Positions 35,996 through 46,707 of a DNA stretch of 48,502 nucleotides are shown here, one piece after another (position 1 is the first letter of the stretch; every line of letters starts with the position of its first letter). Made by a program: the position numbers and the translations under genes. The notes below the pieces were generated by a model, which made no database searches, had not been told where the DNA came from, and saw only the letters and a list, made by a program, of their open reading frames with translations. Source of the DNA: Reclinomonas americana ATCC 50394 (Eukaryota); contig PS015240.1 in assembly GCA_048213135.1 (NCBI GenBank), positions 1 through 48,502 of the forward strand, written 5' to 3'.

Positions 35996-37081
35996 ATGTC
36001 TTCCGCGCATCCCTCCCTCCCATGCACACGCACACTCCGTCACGCCAGTGCCGTCGTCGGTATCGCCGTCACTCCCGACGGCCGTCACGTGGTCAGCACC
36101 AACAAAGACACGACAGTGCGCTTGTGGTCCATGGAGAGTGGGGAGCAAGTGTTGTGCTTGGAGGGACACACGAACACGCCGTTCACTGTCGCCGTCACTC
36201 CCGATGGTCAGCATGCTGTGAGTGGGAGTCTCGATTTCACAATGCGTGTGTGGTCGCTGGCGAGTGGTGAGGAGGTATACGAATTGCAGGATGAGCATTC
36301 GCATGCTGTGTTGTCGGTCGCCATCACTCCCGATGGCCAGTACGTGCTGAGTGGGAGCACAGATGGCGCCATGCACGTGTGGTCACTGGTAACTGGGGAG
36401 CTGACGCGAATCATTACCGGGCACGCTGGGTGGGTGTGGTCTGTTGCCATCACTCCCGATGGTCAACACGTTGTGAGTGGGAGTGCGGATAAAACGGTAC
36501 GTGTGTGGTCGTTGGTGAGTGGCGAGGAAATGCGGCGGCTAAAGAGACACTCTGGTCCGGTGCTCTGCGTTACTGTCACTCCCGACGGACAGCGTGTTGT
36601 GAGTGGCGGTTATGACCACACTGTGCGCGTGTGGTCGCTGGCGAGCGGAGAGGAAGTGCGACGGTTGGAGGGACACACTGCTCCGGTGTGGTGTGTCGCT
36701 GTCACCGCCGATGGTCAGCACGTTGTGAGTGGGAGTCAAGACACCACCGTGCGAGTGTGGTCGCTGGCGAGTGGCGAAGAAGTGCGACGAATGGAAGGCC
36801 ACACTAACGCTGTGCGGTCGGTCGTCGTCGCTCCCGGCGGGCAGCACATCATGAGTGGCAGTGAGGACGAGACTGTGCGGGTGTGGTCGACGCCGTGTGG
36901 AGTCGCTCGACAGGAGCTCGACCTCGCTCGAAAGGCTATGCAGTCGGTGCAGGAGATGCAGCCGGAGGACGAAAAGGAGGAAGGACTGGATCGGCGCTGC
37001 CTGGTGGAGATCGTCCTTCGCTGCTTCCTGGTCGAGGATGCCGCAGTCGTTCTTCATCGGGGTTTCACTGATGGCTTGTAG
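35996..37081 (+). CDS. WD40 array gene B4 (close paralogue of B1)
   Basis: Intronless MSSAHPSLPCTRTLRH, 7 WD40 repeats, tail. Confidence 0.9.
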   Translation: MSSAHPSLPCTRTLRHASAVVGIAVTPDGRHVVSTNKDTTVRLWSMESGEQVLCLEGHTNTPFTVAVTPDGQHAVSGSLDFTMRVWSLASGEEVYELQDEHSHAVLSVAITPDGQYVLSGSTDGAMHVWSLVTGELTRIITGHAGWVWSVAITPDGQHVVSGSADKTVRVWSLVSGEEMRRLKRHSGPVLCVTVTPDGQRVVSGGYDHTVRVWSLASGEEVRRLEGHTAPVWCVAVTADGQHVVSGSQDTTVRVWSLASGEEVRRMEGHTNAVRSVVVAPGGQHIMSGSEDETVRVWSTPCGVARQELDLARKAMQSVQEMQPEDEKEEGLDRRCLVEIVLRCFLVEDAAVVLHRGFTDGL

Positions 37082-37224
37082 GTCTCTCTCTCAAGCTACC
37101 AGTTAGAATCTTTTTCCTCACTCACTGTCCGCTTTTTAGATAAGCCTGCTGATGAAATATGCTCCACCACATTAGCAACACTGTACACGTTTCACTGCTG
37201 TTGTGGGAGCTTCTCTCTCTTCGC

Positions 37225-38842
37225 TCAGAAGCACTTGCGGTGCACAATGCCCGCTCCTGCCTCCTCGTACTCGGCCTTGGTCACCCACATGGTCTCGAAC
37301 GACGCCAGCGACGAGAGAATTGAGCCGCCAATCCACACCGAGTACTTGCGCTCCGCGGGCGCCACCAGCTTGACGTTCATGGCGGCCGGTGTGCGGAGGC
37401 GGAGCTCCTTTTGTAGCCGATCGGCAATGCCACCGAGCATGGTGGTGCCGCCCGACAGCACCACGTTGCTGTACAGGTCCTTGCGGATGTCAATGTCGCA
37501 GCGCTGGATCGAGTCGAACGTCATGGCATCGATGCCGTCGTGCTCCATGCCAACCAGCGACGGATTGAACAGCACCTCCGGGCAGCGGAAGCGCTCCGAC
37601 CCAATGGTGATGATGCGGCCGTCCGGCAGCTCATACGTCTTCTCGCACGCCGACGACTCGCTGGCGCTCTTCAACTCGGCGTCATAGTCGAGTGCGACGT
37701 ACGCCAGCTTCTCCTTGATGTCACGCACAATCTCGCGCTCGGCCGACGACACAAAGTTGTGACCACGCTCGGTCAGAATCTGCACGCACGCACGCATGCC
37801 GGTGGTGAGTACCAGACAGACACACGCGCACACCCTCTCCTCCCACCCGCTCTCACCTTGGCCATGTAGTCGGTGAGGTCGCGGCCCGCCAGCAACACCT
37901 TCTGAATGGCGTGCGGCAGCGCGTAGCCCTCGTAGATCGGCACGCAGTGCGTCACACCGTCGCCCGAGTCGACCACAATACCCGTGGTGCGGCCCGACGA
38001 GTACAATGACAGCACGGCCTGGATCTGCACGTGCATCGCCCGCACGTTGAACGTCTCAAACATGATGCTGGTCACTGCGTGTGGTGGAAGGGGAGTGTGT
38101 GTCAGCACCGCGGGCGAGAGATCTTCACGACTGGGTGGGAAAACGCAACTTTTCTCGCGGTTGATCTTCGGGTTCAGCGGGGCCTCGGTGAGCAGCACGC
38201 GGTGCTCCTCGGGCGCCACACGCAGCTCGTTGTAGAAGGTGTGGTGCCAGATCTTCTCCATGTCGTCCCAGTTGGTCACTACGCTGCAAGTCAGGAACAC
38301 GCGCTCACGTCGCCCGTTTCACCCGCACTCACCAATGCCATGCTCGATGGGGTACTGCAGCGCGAGGACACCTCGCTTGGCCTGCGCCTCGTCGCCCACG
38401 AACAAATCCTTGCCACTGCCACCAATGATAACGCTCTGGTGGCGCGGTCTGTTCGGAAAAAATGAGTGGGAGGGAAGTGGGAAGGAGAGGGAGGGAGCGG
38501 ACTCACCGGCCGACGATTGACGGGAACACGGCGCGTGGAGCATCCTCACCACCGTAGCCAGCCTGTACACCGACACGAGATGGATGAGTGAGCGAGTGAA
38601 GAGACAGAGAGAGGGGAGAAGAGTGGACACTCGTACCTTGCACATGCCTGCACAGAGGGAAGGAGAAAAATGGAGAGAGTGAGAAGAGAGGGAGCGCAGG
38701 GGGAGCTGCTGCAACTGTGAAACACACACACCAGAGCCATTGTCGACTGCGCGAGGCACACACACAGTGAGACAAGTGATCATGAGACAAGTTGGAGAGA
38801 GAGCGATTTTGCGCAACTGACGAGAGCCGGAACGTCACTCAT
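37225..38842 (-). CDS. ACT: Actin (divergent conventional-type), 8 exons
   Basis: [40 protein letters not shown]...[22 protein letters not shown]...[13 protein letters not shown]...DYMAK|ILTERG...IVHRKCF*. Micro-exons 38746-38732 (15 nt) and 38647-38637 (11 nt). Confidence 0.93.
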
Positions 38843-38927
38843 GATGTTGTTGATGTTGTTGAAGGTTGCCTTTGCGTTCAAAGTTGGAGGAAAAGTTGAG
38901 GTTGAGAGTGGCGGGCATCCGCCGTGC

Positions 38928-39024
38928 TTTTATAACCCATTGGCGTGTCTGGCGGGGCGGACAAGGAGGGCCCTCTGCTTTTTCCGGCTGACAGCGGCGT
39001 ACCTTATATGGCAGTTATATTTAA
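38928..39024 (-). promoter_or_regulatory. Actin upstream region: TATA, CCAAT, CArG box and MEF2-like site
   Basis: Minus-strand TATAAAA 38934-38928 and CCAAT 38943-38939, CCTTATATGG 39002-39011 (CC[A/T]6GG), TTATATTTAA 39015-39024 (YTA[A/T]4TAR). Confidence 0.55.
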
Positions 39025-39309
39025 GCGTTGATGAAGAACAATCACATCACACGCAAGTGTAAGTGCGCACGAGAGAGAGTGAGAATGAGAAAGGTGGTGA
39101 TCATGACAAGATTTGTCAGGTTGTCGTATTTCCTTTGTCAAGGGCCTGTCAAGGTGATTGTCATGGCGGCCGTGAGACCGAGGAATCTCGACAGCGAGGG
39201 GCGTCGAGACGCATGAATCGCATGCATCCCGTCGTTTGTCGCGCACACACGAATCTTCCGTCGTCCACAAATTCATCTCATTTTTTAAAACCACTTTACA
39301 GAGAAAACC

Positions 39310-39702
39310 ATGTCGAGCACACGCCAGAACCTCGGCCAGCAACAGCAGCAGCAGCCGTTGCAGCAGCCGTTGCAAACGGGCACCGGCTGCCCCGTGATCA
39401 GCCAGGTCGGACAGAGCACCGTGCTGGAGAAGACGGAGCAGCCGGTGATGTTCGAGAAGACGGTGCAGCAGCCGATGGTAATCGAGCAAAAGGTGCAGCA
39501 GCCGGCGGTAATCGAGACGCAGACGAAGCTGCAGCAGCAGCAGCCGATTGTTACAGAGGCCGTTCGCAACATTGGCAATGTTCTCGAGCAGCCCGTGCAA
39601 GTCCTGCAGGGTCAGGCGACAACTTGCGTGCCGGGCACTCAGGTGCCGCAGCAGACGCAGCTCGGCGGCACCTCGTCGCTGCGTCAGTCGGAGCGCATGT
39701 AG
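39310..39702 (+). CDS. Gln/Val/Pro-rich repeat protein, paralogue 1
   Basis: Intronless. VLEKTEQPVMFEKTVQQPMVIEQKVQQPAVIE...LEQPVQVLQG motif is shared with the next two ORFs. Confidence 0.7.
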   Translation: MSSTRQNLGQQQQQQPLQQPLQTGTGCPVISQVGQSTVLEKTEQPVMFEKTVQQPMVIEQKVQQPAVIETQTKLQQQQPIVTEAVRNIGNVLEQPVQVLQGQATTCVPGTQVPQQTQLGGTSSLRQSERM

Positions 39703-40080
39703 GAGCGAGAAAGAGTACAACGTAGAGTGCTGATAAGATCGTAAAATGAACGCAATGCACGCCGTTATCGTCACCGTCGAAGAGAGGAGCTGAAGCGCCT
39801 CCCAAAGGAACAATGTGGCATCACCGAAACCGTTCACTCAAGAGATGCGCTGCCTTGCATACAACAAGCCTCGTGGTTCATCGCACTTCAAGCTGCAGGC
39901 CTTCCCCCAAAGCCCACGCCTTACCTCAATGCAACTCACCCACCTCATCCTCCTCCAACTCCCCTCCGATACTCGATGCCACCGTCGCGACATGTGAATC
40001 CAGAATCCTCTCTCACCTGGCGATCTTCAGTCTCTTCAACCGTCCTTCATTTTCGCACAACTTGAGCACACACCGTCGCC

Positions 40081-40092
40081 ATGTCCTTCAAT

Positions 40093-40127
<35 letters not shown>

Positions 40128-40773
40128 GGGCTCCACATACTCGACTGGCTATGGCCAGCAGCAGCAGGTGCAGGTGCCAGTGCAGCAACAATTCACGACG
40201 GAACAAGTCGTGGGCGTCCAACAGCAGCCGCTCATCATGGAAAAGACAATGCAGCAGCCGGCTGTCCTCGAGCGTACGATCCAGCAGCCGGGCACGCTGT
40301 CAACCGAGCGCACCGTGTACGCACAGCAGCCGCAAGTGATTCAGTCGGCGCAGTTTGTCGGTGCGCCGCTGGAGCAGCCCACGCGCATCCTGCAAGGCGA
40401 CGTGCAGTCAGTCCCCATCCAGCAACAGCAGCAGCAGGAGGCCTGGCAGCAACAGACCTGGCAGCAGCAGCAGCCACTGCAGCAGCCGATATCGGCGACG
40501 TCCGGGGTCGGCGATGCCGTGCGTGCCACGACATTCGACGCTCAGCTGGCGCTGGAGGCCGCAGACCCGACCAAGGCCTTCCCCGGCAGCGGTCTCAACG
40601 TCACCACTCCGTTCACATACGAGGAGCGCTCCCATCTGCTGGTCGGGGAGCGGGCCCCAACGGGCACCACCACCGGCACCAAGACGACCGAGGAGCGTCA
40701 TCATCACCACCACAAGCACGACAAGAGCAAGAAGAAGTCGGACAGCGACGTGCGTGCTGAGCCGACAGTGTGA
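40081..40773 (+). CDS. Gln-rich repeat protein, paralogue 2 (His/Lys-rich tail)
   Basis: MSFNQ...EQVVGVQQQPLIMEKTMQQPAVLERTIQQPG...EQPTRILQG...HHHHHKHDKSKKK. Confidence 0.78.
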
Positions 40774-40989
40774 GGTGCGAGAGTGAGAGGGTGAAGGAGA
40801 GAGAGGTAGTGGTGGACAAAACGTGCATGCAAGTACAAGTTGATGATTCCTGCCGAATACCGCTGCGAATACTGCTGATTCTTTTCGGTCGTCTCGACAC
40901 TGGAATCAAGAATGCTCGGGCAGCAGCGACTTGCTCGACCAAGCGTACGCAGATTCCAAACCTGTAGTCCACCCGAGAGAGAGCACAAT

Positions 40990-41679
40990 ATGTCCTTCAA
41001 CCAGCCACAACAGCAGTGGTCAGGTGCTTCTGGCTTCCAGCAGCAGCAGGGCTTCCAGCAGCAGCAGGGCTTCCAGCAGCAGGGGCAGCAGCAGTTCGCT
41101 CAGGAGCAAGTTGTCGGCATTCAGCAGCAGCCAATGATGGTTGAGAAAACCATGCAGCAGCCGGCGGTGCTGGAGCAGACCGTGCGGCAGCCGGGTACGA
41201 TCACCACGGAACGCACCCTGCATCTTCAGCAGCCGCAGGTTTTCCAGTCGGCGCAGATCGTCGGTGCCGAACAGGAGCAGCCCACTCGCTTCTACCAGGG
41301 CGAGGAGCGCTCCATTCCCATCCAGCAGGGCACCGGCCTGCAAGAGCAACAAGTGTGGCAGCAGCAGCAACTTCAGCAGCAACAGCAAATTCAGCAGGAG
41401 CAACTGTGGCAGCAGCAGGCTCTCGAGCAGCAACAACTCGAGCAGCAGCAGTTCCACCAGCAAAAGTTCCAACAGCAGCAGCAGCAGCAGCAGCTTGGAG
41501 CTCAGGTTGGCAACCAGACGACCGGCATCCGAGAGTCGCGCATTGAGAAAGAGGAGGAGCACCATCACCACCATGGCCACAAGCACGACAAGGACGACAA
41601 CAGTGGCAAGAAGAAGAAGAAGATCACGGACGAGGAGAGGGCGATTGCTGCCGCGCGTGCATCGCCCATCAAGAAGTAG
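40990..41679 (+). CDS. Gln-rich repeat protein, paralogue 3 (His/Lys-rich tail)
   Basis: MSFNQ...EQVVGIQQQPMMVEKTMQQPAVLEQTVRQPG...EQPTRFYQG...HHHHHGHKHDK..KKKKK. Confidence 0.78.
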   Translation: MSFNQPQQQWSGASGFQQQQGFQQQQGFQQQGQQQFAQEQVVGIQQQPMMVEKTMQQPAVLEQTVRQPGTITTERTLHLQQPQVFQSAQIVGAEQEQPTRFYQGEERSIPIQQGTGLQEQQVWQQQQLQQQQQIQQEQLWQQQALEQQQLEQQQFHQQKFQQQQQQQQLGAQVGNQTTGIRESRIEKEEEHHHHHGHKHDKDDNSGKKKKKITDEERAIAAARASPIKK

Positions 41680-41836
41680 TGTTCTCAAGCAGACAGAGAG
41701 AGAGAGAGAGAGAGAGAAAGTGGTGTACAGCAGCTGGTGCCAGGTGCAAAAAAGAGCAATGAATAAAATGCAGACGTGGCACACTCACGGTCAGTAACTC
41801 ATTCTTCTAAACCCTCTCCGGTCGTCACTTCACTCA

Positions 41837-44800
41837 TCATCTCCTGGGCCCAACATACGTGTGGAAGCCAAACTCTGCACCCGCGTCGAACCCACCTACT
41901 TTTGCTCGGCACACCGGACACGAGTCACCACGCGCCACCAGCTGCGCTGCGCACTTGCGACACACGACCTGGTGCTGGCACGGACTTAGGCACGTGTCGC
42001 GCCATCCATCACACAGGATGCACGCTCGGCGGCACGATAGGGCCGCCAAGTCGCGCAGTTCCGCCACGAATTCATCCGCAGACGGGCGACGATCGGGTCG
42101 GTGATTGACGCACCTGCCAGCGCATTTTGTGAGCTGCACGCGAGCGCAACACGACAAGCTCGTGCACACTCATCAAACCTCACTGCGAGTCGCACGATGC
42201 GCTCACACATGGGCGCGGGCCACACGCGGCCCACTCCTTGGTCCGCCAGCTGCGCAGCCACGTCGGTAAAGGCGGCCGCCGACGCCTCGTCTTCGACAAG
42301 GTCCTCCAGTTCGTCAATCTTCTTGTGCACGCGTTCAATCGGCAGGCCACTGAAGAGCTGTAGGAGGATGAGTCCGAGGCAGAAAATGTCGGCACTGGGT
42401 CGGAGCTCGCCGCGCAGTGCTTTCGGGTCGGCGTACGAGAGGTCGCCGGCAAACGTCACGGACATGTGCGTCTGGAAAATGGGGGGGAAGTGAGGGGTGG
42501 AAGAGAAGGTTGTGTGTGTGAGGTGGACGCACTCCAGCGGTGCGGAACCAGTGCGCCACCCCCATGTCTGCCACGTGTGCCTGCCCGTACTTGTCGAAGA
42601 GGATGTTGGCGGGTTTGAGGTCGCGATGGATGACTGCGCATGTGGGGAAGGGTGGGCACACAAGAGGGAAAGGAGGGGGGAACGAGGGAGGGTAGATTGG
42701 AGTGTGACTCACCGTTCTGGCAATGTGGAGAGGAGAGGGAGGAGGGAGGAGGGAGGAGGGGGAAGGGAGGGTAAGAAAAACAAAGCAAGGGTGACGGATG
42801 ATCACGAAGAAACGCAGAAGGGAAAAAACACGATAACTTCGAGAGAAACTGCAAGAGGGTTAGCGGGAGAAGGAGAAAGGAACCAAGAAAATGAGATACA
42901 AGTTGATTACGAAGGGAGATGACAGAAACAAGAAAGAGAGGAACAAAGAGACGACAGAAAGGATATAGAGGTGAACAGGTGAGAGAGAGAGTAAGTACAA
43001 GAGAGACGCAAGATGTTAAGCGGCAGACGTGCGGAAATGCAAGTGAGAGAGAGAGAGCAAAAGCAAGTGCTGATCACGACAGAGAAAACAGAAAGAGAAG
43101 AACACGGTACACAGATGAAGTCCCTGAGAATGGCAAGACGGCAAGAGTTAGAGAAAGGAAATGGAGACGAGAGAGAGAGAGAGTGAGTGAGAGAGAGCAA
43201 AAGCAAGAGCTGATCACGACAGAGAAACAGAAAGAGAAGAAAATGTTACACAGATAAGCTTTCGTGCAGGAGAATGGCAGAGGGCAAGTTGAGAGGAGAG
43301 CACAAGAAACGAGCAAGAGAGAAAGTGAGGAACAAAGAACTGAGACACGAGCTGATCTGAAGAGAGACGACCAGGAAGAACGCGTTACACTGATGAAGCT
43401 TGCGTACAAGAGATGGCAGAGGGCATGACTGAGAGGAAGGACATGGAGAACAGTGGTAGAGGAGCGAGCACGAAAGGAAAGCATCAAACAAATGAAGTGG
43501 CAGACAGACAGACAGACAGACAGAGAGAGGGAGTGAGAGAGAGAGTGAGTGATATCATCGACGACGCACAATAACTAGCGATGTAACGGGCCGTGAAAGC
43601 CAAGCAATGAGGCGAGTGTAACATCGAGAATAAAAGAAAGCAACACGGGGAATGACACGAAAGAGTGCAGGTCCATCAACTGTGGCTTCCCCCCGCATAC
43701 GACTCACAATCCTGCGACCAGCACCAGTAAGCCACCAGCGCCAAGCACATGCTTCACCACGCAAGATGCGTTGCGCAACTTGTGTAATGCAGCCACCACC
43801 TCCGCACACCGCAGAATGCAGTTCATGCGGTCCTCTATCGTCATGACTGGCAGTCCGCGTGCCGCATGCTGGAGCAGGCGATGCTCCAGGTTGTCCGCAC
43901 TGGTCGCAAATGAGTGACAACATCTCCTCATCCTTCCCTCTGACCACGCACCTCATCGCCTCCAGCACAATGCATCGCTTGCCGTCGTCCGATTCAGCGA
44001 ATCCCAGCATGCGTACCACGCCAGGCACGGTGACGGCTTTCAGTTTCTCGAGCTACATCGCCAACACATAAATGAGCACAAGAACCTCGCTTCACCCAGA
44101 CCAAGACCACACGCACCTCGTTCGAAAACGACTCGATGCACCACGGGGCGCCGCTGTCAAACACCTTCACCGCCACATCAACACCATTCCACTGCCCGGC
44201 AAACACGTCAGCTTGACCGCCGCCACCGAGGCGACGAGAGAAACTGCTGGTGATGGCCTCCAGTCGCTCCCAGGTGAACACCGCGAGGGGCACTGCAAGT
44301 AAGAGAGGGTGCTCAGGATCGACCTCGCAAGAGTCGACTTGCGGCATAACACACAAACCTCGCAGATTCAGCTCCTGCTGCGCCGACTCAAGGTCTGCAG
44401 CCAGTCGTGCGGCGCGGGCATGTTCCTCGTGCAGTCGCTCATCCAGCGCCTCCAGTGCCTGCTGCAGCGACTCGCACTGCGCCTGCAGCATATCGGTGGC
44501 CGCCTGCTTCTCCTCCTTGGTCGCGGCCAGCTCCCGACGCAACTGCGCTGCGGTACTCTTGTAGCGCTGTGCTCGCTGCTCGGCCTCCTCTCGCTGCGCC
44601 TCCAGCTCTGCCATGGAGCTCTCGTACTCCTCCGCCTCCTGCACGGCCACCGCCTGCTGCTCCTCCAGTTCGCGACGCAGCCGCTCGGCGGTGCGCGCTT
44701 GTGTATCGGTTGCCGCACGCTGCTGCTCCATGTCACGCTGCAGTTGCGTCGTGGCGAGTCGCTGCTCGTCAAGTTCGCGCTGCTTGTCGGCGAGGGTGGT

Positions 44801-45229
44801 CTCCATGTCGCGCAGCTGGCGTGCAAGTTCAGAGGCAGCGGGTGTCATTGTCTGTAGAGGAGAAGGGGAAGGGGAAGGGGAAGGGGAAGGGGAAGGGGAA
44901 GAGAGTGAGCGAAGAGAGTGAGAGAAGCGAACTCTCTTCTCTTTGAAAAAAGACAGAGAGCGCGATGAAGGGGAAGAGAGTGAGCGTAATGGAGAAGAGA
45001 ATGGGCGATGCGAAATCGCTTCTCTTTGAAAATGGAGGAGAGCATGAAGTAGAAGAGAGTGAGCAGCAGGGTTTCGTCTGAGGCAAACCGATTCTTGTGC
45101 GGGTGGCGCTGCAGGTGGACATGTGAGTTCGAAAAAGAGACGAGGAAGGGAAGGTAGGAATCGGGTGAGACTCACCGGCGCTGGTCGGCACAGGTGGTTG
45201 GACGCTCGAGGCGGAGGAAGAGGCGCCGG
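41837..45229 (-). CDS. Coiled-coil + TKL (Pelle/IRAK/RLK-like) protein kinase + C-terminal C3HC4 RING
   Basis: Exons 45229-45176, 45108-45089, 44851-44117, 44052-43952, 43899-43780, 43711-43708, 42716-42713, 42633-42533, 42471-42179, 42113-41837. Motifs FTWERLEAITSSFSRRLGGGGQADV, VAVK, IHRDLKPANIL, DMG, GDLSYADP, DIFCLG and CILC...PCQHQVVCRKC...CPVCR. Confidence 0.85.
43040..43450. repeat. Intronic degenerate ~140-bp purine-rich repeat
   Basis: gagagagcaaaagcaag.gctgatcacgacagagaaa at about 43051 and 43191; gagaatggcaga at about 43126, 43270 and 43410. Confidence 0.65.
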
Positions 45230-46707
45230 CTGGTGAGTTGGAGGGAGGAAAGTGAGAAGAGAGAGAGAGAGAGGGGAGACAAAGGGAATGAGAAGGCGGA
45301 AGATAATGGGGGAACACGATGGGAGAAGACATGGGGAGAAGACGAAGGGGGGAAGACGATGGGGGAAAACATGGGGGAAGACATGGGGAAGACATGGGGG
45401 AAGACATNNNNNNNNNNNNNNNNNNNNNNNNNNNNNNNNNNNNNNNNNNNNNNNNNNNNNNNNNNNNNNNNNNNNNNNNNNNNNNNNNNNNNNNNNNNNN
45501 NNNNNNNNNNNNNNNNNNNNNNNNNNNNNNNNNNNNNNNNNNNNNNNNNNNNNNNNNNNNNNNNNNNNNNNNNNNNNNNNNNNNNNNNNNNNNNNNNNNN
45601 NNNNNNNNNNNNNNNNNNNNNNNNNNNNNNNNNNNNNNNNNNNNNNNNNNNNNNNNNNNNNNNNNNNNNNNNNNNNNNNNNNNNNNNNNNNNNNNNNNNN
45701 NNNNNNNNNNNNNNNNNNNNNNNNNNNNNNNNNNNNNNNNNNNNNNNNNNNNNNNNNNNNNNNNNNNNNNNNNNNNNNNNNNNNNNNNNNNNNNNNNNNN
45801 NNNNNNNNNNNNNNNNNNNNNNNNNNNNNNNNNNNNNNNNNNNNNNNNNNNNNNNNNNNNNNNNNNNNNNNNNNNNNNNNNNNNNNNNNNNNNNNNNNNN
45901 NNNNNNNNNNNNNNNNNNNNNNNNNNNNNNNNNNNNNNNNNNNNNNNNNNNNNNNNNNNNNNNNNNNNNNNNNNNNNNNNNNNNNNNNNNNNNNNNNNNN
46001 NNNNNNNNNNNNNNNNNNNNNNNNNNNNNNNNNNNNNNNNNNNNNNNNNNNNNNNNNNNNNNNNNNNNNNNNNNNNNNNNNNNNNNNNNNNNNNNNNNNN
46101 NNNNNNNNNNNNNNNNNNNNNNNNNNNNNNNNNNNNNNNNNNNNNNNNNNNNNNNNNNNNNNNNNNNNNNNNNNNNNNNNNNNNNNNNNNNNNNNNNNNN
46201 NNNNNNNNNNNNNNNNNNNNNNNNNNNNNNNNNNNNNNNNNNNNNNNNNNNNNNNNNNNNNNNNNNNNNNNNNNNNNNNNNNNNNNNNNNNNNNNNNNNN
46301 NNNNNNNNNNNNNNNNNNNNNNNNNNNNNNNNNNNNNNNNNNNNNNNNNNNNNNNNNNNNNNNNNNNNNNNNNNNNNNNNNNNNNNNCGAACGGGGAAGA
46401 GAAGGGGAAGACAAAGGGAATGAGAAGGGGGAAGACCATGGGGGAAGACCATGGGGGAAGACCAGGGGGAAGACGGCAGGGAGGAAGACGATGGGGGAAG
46501 ACGATGGGGGGAAGACATGGGGGAAGACACGGGGGAAGACATGGGGGAAGACGGAAGAGGGAAGACGGAAGAGGGAAGACGAAGCGAGAAAGAGAAGGGA
46601 GAAGAGCAGGGGAAGAGAGAAGAGGGAGAGACGAACTACAAGAATGCAAGCAACGACCACAATGCAGACGACAATAGACACAGCGATGCGAGACTGCCGC
46701 GTGTGAC

